From: Ostrea edulis
Lineage: Eukaryota
Direction: 5' to 3'
Assembly (NCBI RefSeq): GCF_947568905.1
Contig: NC_079169.1
Span: forward strand, 49,724,001 to 49,788,000
DNA length: 64,000 nt
Part shown: piece after piece, positions 63,301 to 64,000 of the stretch
Layout of the letters: the number at the start of each line of letters is the position of its first letter
How positions within the stretch are numbered: the first letter of the stretch is position 1
Notes under the pieces: generated by a model
Told to the model about the DNA's origin: nothing
Database searches by the model: none
Seen by the model: the letters and a program-made list of their open reading frames with translations, nothing else
Made by a program: the position numbers and the translations under genes

Positions 63301-64000
63301 GTGGCAGGATTTAATGGAACCAACTGCACAGAAAGTAAGGAGATTGGGTATCAGAATGGACACACTTTTTGAAATATGATACTGAATATTGACAAAGGGT
63401 TTCTTAGTGATTATTCTTGCTTGGTTTTAATTTTTGGCATTGGTAAATCACGTTTGATTTGAAGTCTGTACAAACTATTATTAATAGGAACACAACAATT
63501 TAAAAAGAAAAGAACATTATTTCATTTTAATGAAATCGTATAAATGTACTGACAACGGATCGAAATAGAGTGTTCCCTCAAAAGATGTTACAAATTGCAG
63601 GATTTTTGTTATTTCAATGCCTTGGGTTTCTACAAAAATTGAAAATAATGAACACATCATTCAATTCGTGTATCTTTTCATGAAAAAAGATCCTTTCTTT
63701 GCTGATATAGAATCTATTTCATTTCAGATATAGATGGGTGTGTGGCGGAACCTTGTCAGAACAATGGAACATGCATAGATCAAATTAATACCTACGAATG
63801 TCAATGTGTTCCGGGATTTAATTGGACTCACTGCGAGAATAGTAAGTTTCATCAAAATGCAGTTGAAAATGATTGGCCGAAAACTTGTGTGTTAAGGTGA
63901 TGTTATTGTACGCTATATCCCACAATTTTCTTTGAAATTCAGATATGGATGAATGTGCTGGGGATCCTTGTCAAAACAACGGAACGTGTGTGGACCTTGT
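218..64000 (+). CDS. Internal part of a giant multi-exon gene encoding tandem calcium-binding EGF-like domains (fibropellin/Notch-type EGF repeats); 129 complete + 1 partial 114-nt exons, ~4,900 aa if all are spliced
   Basis: Every exon is flanked by YAG and GT, is 114 nt long and phase 1-1, and encodes [DN]-x-D-[EDG]-C..C..C-x-D-x4-Y-x-C-x-C-x2-G-x5-C with six Cys. Unit peptide: [190 protein letters not shown]. Expression and inclusion of all exons are inferred. Confidence 0.88.
560..673 (+). CDS. Unit 1 exon B, cbEGF domain [38 protein letters not shown]
   Basis: ttgttgtag|ATATCGATGAA...ACACAAA|gtaagg; 114 nt, phase 1-1. Confidence 0.93.
1258..1271. promoter_or_regulatory. 14-bp perfect palindrome TACTGACGTCAGTA containing a canonical CRE (TGACGTCA); one per unit
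   Basis: Sequence match only; function unknown. Confidence 0.25.
1411..1524 (+). CDS. Unit 1 exon C, cbEGF domain [38 protein letters not shown]
   Basis: ttgttgcag|ATATCGATGAC...ACAGAAA|gtaagg; 114 nt, phase 1-1. Confidence 0.93.
1918..2031 (+). CDS. Unit 1 exon D, EGF domain [38 protein letters not shown]
   Basis: tttcatttcag|ATATAGATGGG...GAGAATA|gtaagt; 114 nt, phase 1-1; not in the ORF track because it has no upstream in-frame ATG. Confidence 0.9.
2133..2246 (+). CDS. Unit 1 exon E, cbEGF domain [38 protein letters not shown]
   Basis: gaaattcag|ATATGGATGAA...TCAACAA|gtaaag; 114 nt, phase 1-1. Confidence 0.9.
2317..2651 (+). mobile_element. tRNA-derived SINE, CORE-like centre, L2-like 3' tail (intron E-A, copy 1; 335 nt)
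   Basis: A box TGACCTAGTGG 2328-2338; degenerate B box GGTTGGAGTCC 2372-2382; cttgggaaaggcactttac...tttcctca...tgtaaaaggggta (2410-2465) resembles the MIR/CORE motif from memory; stem-loop AGCGCTTT(2597-2604)/AAAGCGCT(2617-2624) followed by (ATT)n; no clear TSD. Family assignment needs a Dfam/SINEBase search. Confidence 0.82.
2686..4709 (+). CDS. Unit 2, five EGF exons
   Basis: Exons A2686-2799, B3028-3141, C3874-3987, D4381-4494, E4596-4709; splice sites intact. Confidence 0.9.
4780..5114 (+). mobile_element. SINE copy 2 (335 nt)
   Basis: Near-identical to 2317-2651. Confidence 0.8.
5149..7172 (+). CDS. Unit 3, five EGF exons
   Basis: A5149-5262, B5491-5604, C6337-6450, D6844-6957, E7059-7172. 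Confidence 0.9.
7243..7585 (+). mobile_element. SINE copy 3 (343 nt, +8 nt form; B box GGTTTGAGTCC)
   Basis: Near-identical to 2317-2651 with an aatgttag duplication. Confidence 0.8.
7620..9643 (+). CDS. Unit 4, five EGF exons
   Basis: A7620-7733, B7962-8075, C8808-8921 (TAG acceptor), D9315-9428, E9530-9643. Confidence 0.9.
9714..10048 (+). mobile_element. SINE copy 4 (335 nt)
   Basis: Near-identical to 2317-2651. Confidence 0.8.
10083..12111 (+). CDS. Unit 5, five EGF exons
   Basis: A10083-10196, B10425-10538, C11276-11389, D11783-11896, E11998-12111. Confidence 0.9.
12182..12516 (+). mobile_element. SINE copy 5 (335 nt)
   Basis: Near-identical to 2317-2651. Confidence 0.8.
12551..14574 (+). 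CDS. Unit 6, five EGF exons
   Basis: A12551-12664, B12893-13006, C13739-13852, D14246-14359, E14461-14574. Confidence 0.9.
14645..14987 (+). mobile_element. SINE copy 6 (343 nt; gcttcaacg/gctaag haplotype)
   Basis: Near-identical to 2317-2651. Confidence 0.8.
15022..17045 (+). CDS. Unit 7, five EGF exons
   Basis: A15022-15135, B15364-15477, C16210-16323 (TAG acceptor), D16717-16830, E16932-17045. Confidence 0.9.
17116..17450 (+). mobile_element. SINE copy 7 (335 nt)
   Basis: Near-identical to 2317-2651. Confidence 0.8.
17485..19513 (+). CDS. Unit 8, five EGF exons
   Basis: A17485-17598, B17827-17940, C18678-18791, D19185-19298, E19400-19513. Confidence 0.9.
19584..19918 (+). mobile_element. 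SINE copy 8 (335 nt)
   Basis: Near-identical to 2317-2651. Confidence 0.8.
19953..21976 (+). CDS. Unit 9, five EGF exons
   Basis: A19953-20066, B20295-20408, C21141-21254, D21648-21761, E21863-21976. Confidence 0.9.
22047..22389 (+). mobile_element. SINE copy 9 (343 nt; same haplotype as copy 6)
   Basis: Near-identical to 14645-14987. Confidence 0.8.
22424..24451 (+). CDS. Unit 10, five EGF exons
   Basis: A22424-22537, B22766-22879, C23616-23729, D24123-24236, E24338-24451. Confidence 0.9.
24522..24864 (+). mobile_element. SINE copy 10 (343 nt)
   Basis: Near-identical to 7243-7585. Confidence 0.8.
24899..26922 (+). CDS. Unit 11, five EGF exons (exon C LINGY variant)
   Basis: A24899-25012, B25241-25354, C26087-26200, D26594-26707, E26809-26922. 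Confidence 0.9.
26993..27335 (+). mobile_element. SINE copy 11 (343 nt)
   Basis: Near-identical to the other copies. Confidence 0.8.
27370..29393 (+). CDS. Unit 12, five EGF exons (exon C LVNDY variant)
   Basis: A27370-27483, B27712-27825, C28558-28671, D29065-29178, E29280-29393. Confidence 0.9.
29464..29806 (+). mobile_element. SINE copy 12 (343 nt; same haplotype as copies 6 and 9)
   Basis: Near-identical to 14645-14987. Confidence 0.8.
29841..31868 (+). CDS. Unit 13, five EGF exons
   Basis: A29841-29954, B30183-30296, C31033-31146, D31540-31653, E31755-31868. Confidence 0.9.
31939..32281 (+). mobile_element. SINE copy 13 (343 nt)
   Basis: Near-identical to the other copies. Confidence 0.8.
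32316..34343 (+). CDS. Unit 14, five EGF exons (exon C LVNDY)
   Basis: A32316-32429, B32658-32771, C33508-33621, D34015-34128, E34230-34343. Confidence 0.9.
34414..34756 (+). mobile_element. SINE copy 14 (343 nt)
   Basis: Near-identical to the other copies. Confidence 0.8.
34791..36818 (+). CDS. Unit 15, five EGF exons (exon C LVNDY)
   Basis: A34791-34904, B35133-35246, C35983-36096, D36490-36603, E36705-36818. Confidence 0.9.
36889..37231 (+). mobile_element. SINE copy 15 (343 nt)
   Basis: Near-identical to the other copies. Confidence 0.8.
37266..39293 (+). CDS. Unit 16, five EGF exons (exon C LVNDY)
   Basis: A37266-37379, B37608-37721, C38458-38571, D38965-39078, E39180-39293. Confidence 0.9.
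39364..39706 (+). mobile_element. SINE copy 16 (343 nt)
   Basis: Near-identical to the other copies. Confidence 0.8.
39741..41768 (+). CDS. Unit 17, five EGF exons (exon C LINGY)
   Basis: A39741-39854, B40083-40196, C40933-41046, D41440-41553, E41655-41768. Confidence 0.9.
41839..42181 (+). mobile_element. SINE copy 17 (343 nt)
   Basis: Near-identical to the other copies. Confidence 0.8.
42216..44244 (+). CDS. Unit 18, five EGF exons (exon C LINGY)
   Basis: A42216-42329, B42556-42669, C43406-43519, D43916-44029, E44131-44244. Confidence 0.9.
44315..44657 (+). mobile_element. SINE copy 18 (343 nt)
   Basis: Near-identical to the other copies. Confidence 0.8.
44692..46714 (+). CDS. Unit 19, five EGF exons (exon C LVNAY)
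   Basis: A44692-44805, B45034-45147, C45884-45997, D46386-46499, E46601-46714. Confidence 0.9.
46785..47127 (+). mobile_element. SINE copy 19 (343 nt)
   Basis: Near-identical to the other copies. Confidence 0.8.
47162..49195 (+). CDS. Unit 20, five EGF exons
   Basis: A47162-47275, B47504-47617, C48354-48467, D48867-48980, E49082-49195. Confidence 0.9.
49266..49608 (+). mobile_element. SINE copy 20 (343 nt; tail cattatcattattg)
   Basis: Near-identical to the other copies. Confidence 0.8.
49643..51670 (+). CDS. Unit 21, five EGF exons (exon C LINGY)
   Basis: A49643-49756, B49985-50098, C50835-50948, D51342-51455, E51557-51670. Confidence 0.9.
51741..52083 (+). mobile_element. SINE copy 21 (343 nt; tail cattatcattattg)
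   Basis: Same haplotype as copy 20. Confidence 0.8.
52118..54145 (+). CDS. Unit 22, five EGF exons (exon C LINGY)
   Basis: A52118-52231, B52460-52573, C53310-53423, D53817-53930, E54032-54145. Confidence 0.9.
54216..54558 (+). mobile_element. SINE copy 22 (343 nt; gctgaaaaat haplotype)
   Basis: Near-identical to the other copies. Confidence 0.8.
54593..56626 (+). CDS. Unit 23, five EGF exons
   Basis: A54593-54706, B54935-55048, C55785-55898, D56298-56411, E56513-56626. Confidence 0.9.
56697..57039 (+). mobile_element. SINE copy 23 (343 nt; same haplotype as copy 22)
   Basis: Near-identical to 54216-54558. Confidence 0.8.
57074..59106 (+). CDS. Unit 24, five EGF exons
   Basis: A57074-57187, B57416-57529, C58265-58378, D58778-58891, E58993-59106. 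Confidence 0.9.
59177..59519 (+). mobile_element. SINE copy 24 (343 nt; B box GGTTTGAGTCC)
   Basis: Shares the B-box variant with copy 3. Confidence 0.8.
59554..61581 (+). CDS. Unit 25, five EGF exons (exon C LINGY)
   Basis: A59554-59667, B59896-60009, C60746-60859, D61253-61366, E61468-61581. Confidence 0.9.
61652..61994 (+). mobile_element. SINE copy 25 (343 nt)
   Basis: Near-identical to the other copies. Confidence 0.8.
62029..64000 (+). CDS. Unit 26, four EGF exons plus truncated exon E (window end)
   Basis: A62029-62142, B62371-62484, C63221-63334 (LINGY), D63728-63841, E63943-64000 partial. Confidence 0.9.

Larger units (their letters stand above)
1..64000. repeat. Tandem array of ~2.47-kb units (26 copies, open at both window ends)
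   Basis: Identical ORF translations recur at spacings 2468,2463,2471,2463,2468,2471,2463,2468,2471,2475,2471,2471,2475,2475,2475,2475,2475,2476,2470,2481,2475,2475,2481,2480,2475 bp. Units differ only by scattered SNPs and 1-8 nt intronic indels. Confidence 0.99.

Noticed and set aside
218-64000. Naming the gene Notch, fibropellin, crumbs or fibrillin
   Set aside because: Only EGF repeats are visible, with no LNR, ankyrin, CUB, avidin-like, LamG or TB domains, so no symbol can be supported.
1-64000. Pure assembly artefact or collapsed/over-expanded repeat
   Set aside because: The variants are shared among units in structured, mosaic patterns, unlike random read errors. The exact copy number and the single-base homopolymer differences still need read support.
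1-64000. CRISPR array or prokaryotic repeat system
   Set aside because: There is no short repeat with unique spacers. Spliceosomal GT-AG introns and a SINE indicate a eukaryotic gene.

Overview
The whole 64-kb window is one eukaryotic (most likely marine-invertebrate, AT-rich) tandem array. A ~2.47-kb unit (2463-2481 bp) occurs 26 times at about 99% identity by eye. Each unit carries five 114-nt, phase 1-1 exons (A-E, all AG|ATAT...|GT) on the + strand. Each exon encodes one 38-aa calcium-binding-type EGF domain of the Notch/fibropellin kind. The intron between exon E and the next exon A holds a sense-oriented tRNA-derived SINE with a CORE-like middle and an L2-like 3' stem-loop/(ATT)n tail. 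Spliced in order, the window gives 129 complete EGF domains plus one partial (~4,900 aa), with no stop or frameshift that I could find. No start, signal peptide or C-terminus lies in the window. Introns and the SINE are homogenised as strongly as the exons, which points to recent amplification or concerted evolution. Shared variants show nested duplication levels: exon, B/C pair (~850 bp), 5-exon unit, 3-unit block (7,402 bp) and adjacent-pair duplications. The supplied ORF track consists of exon read-throughs and antisense or off-frame noise, not real genes. All comparisons were made by eye, and no database search was run.
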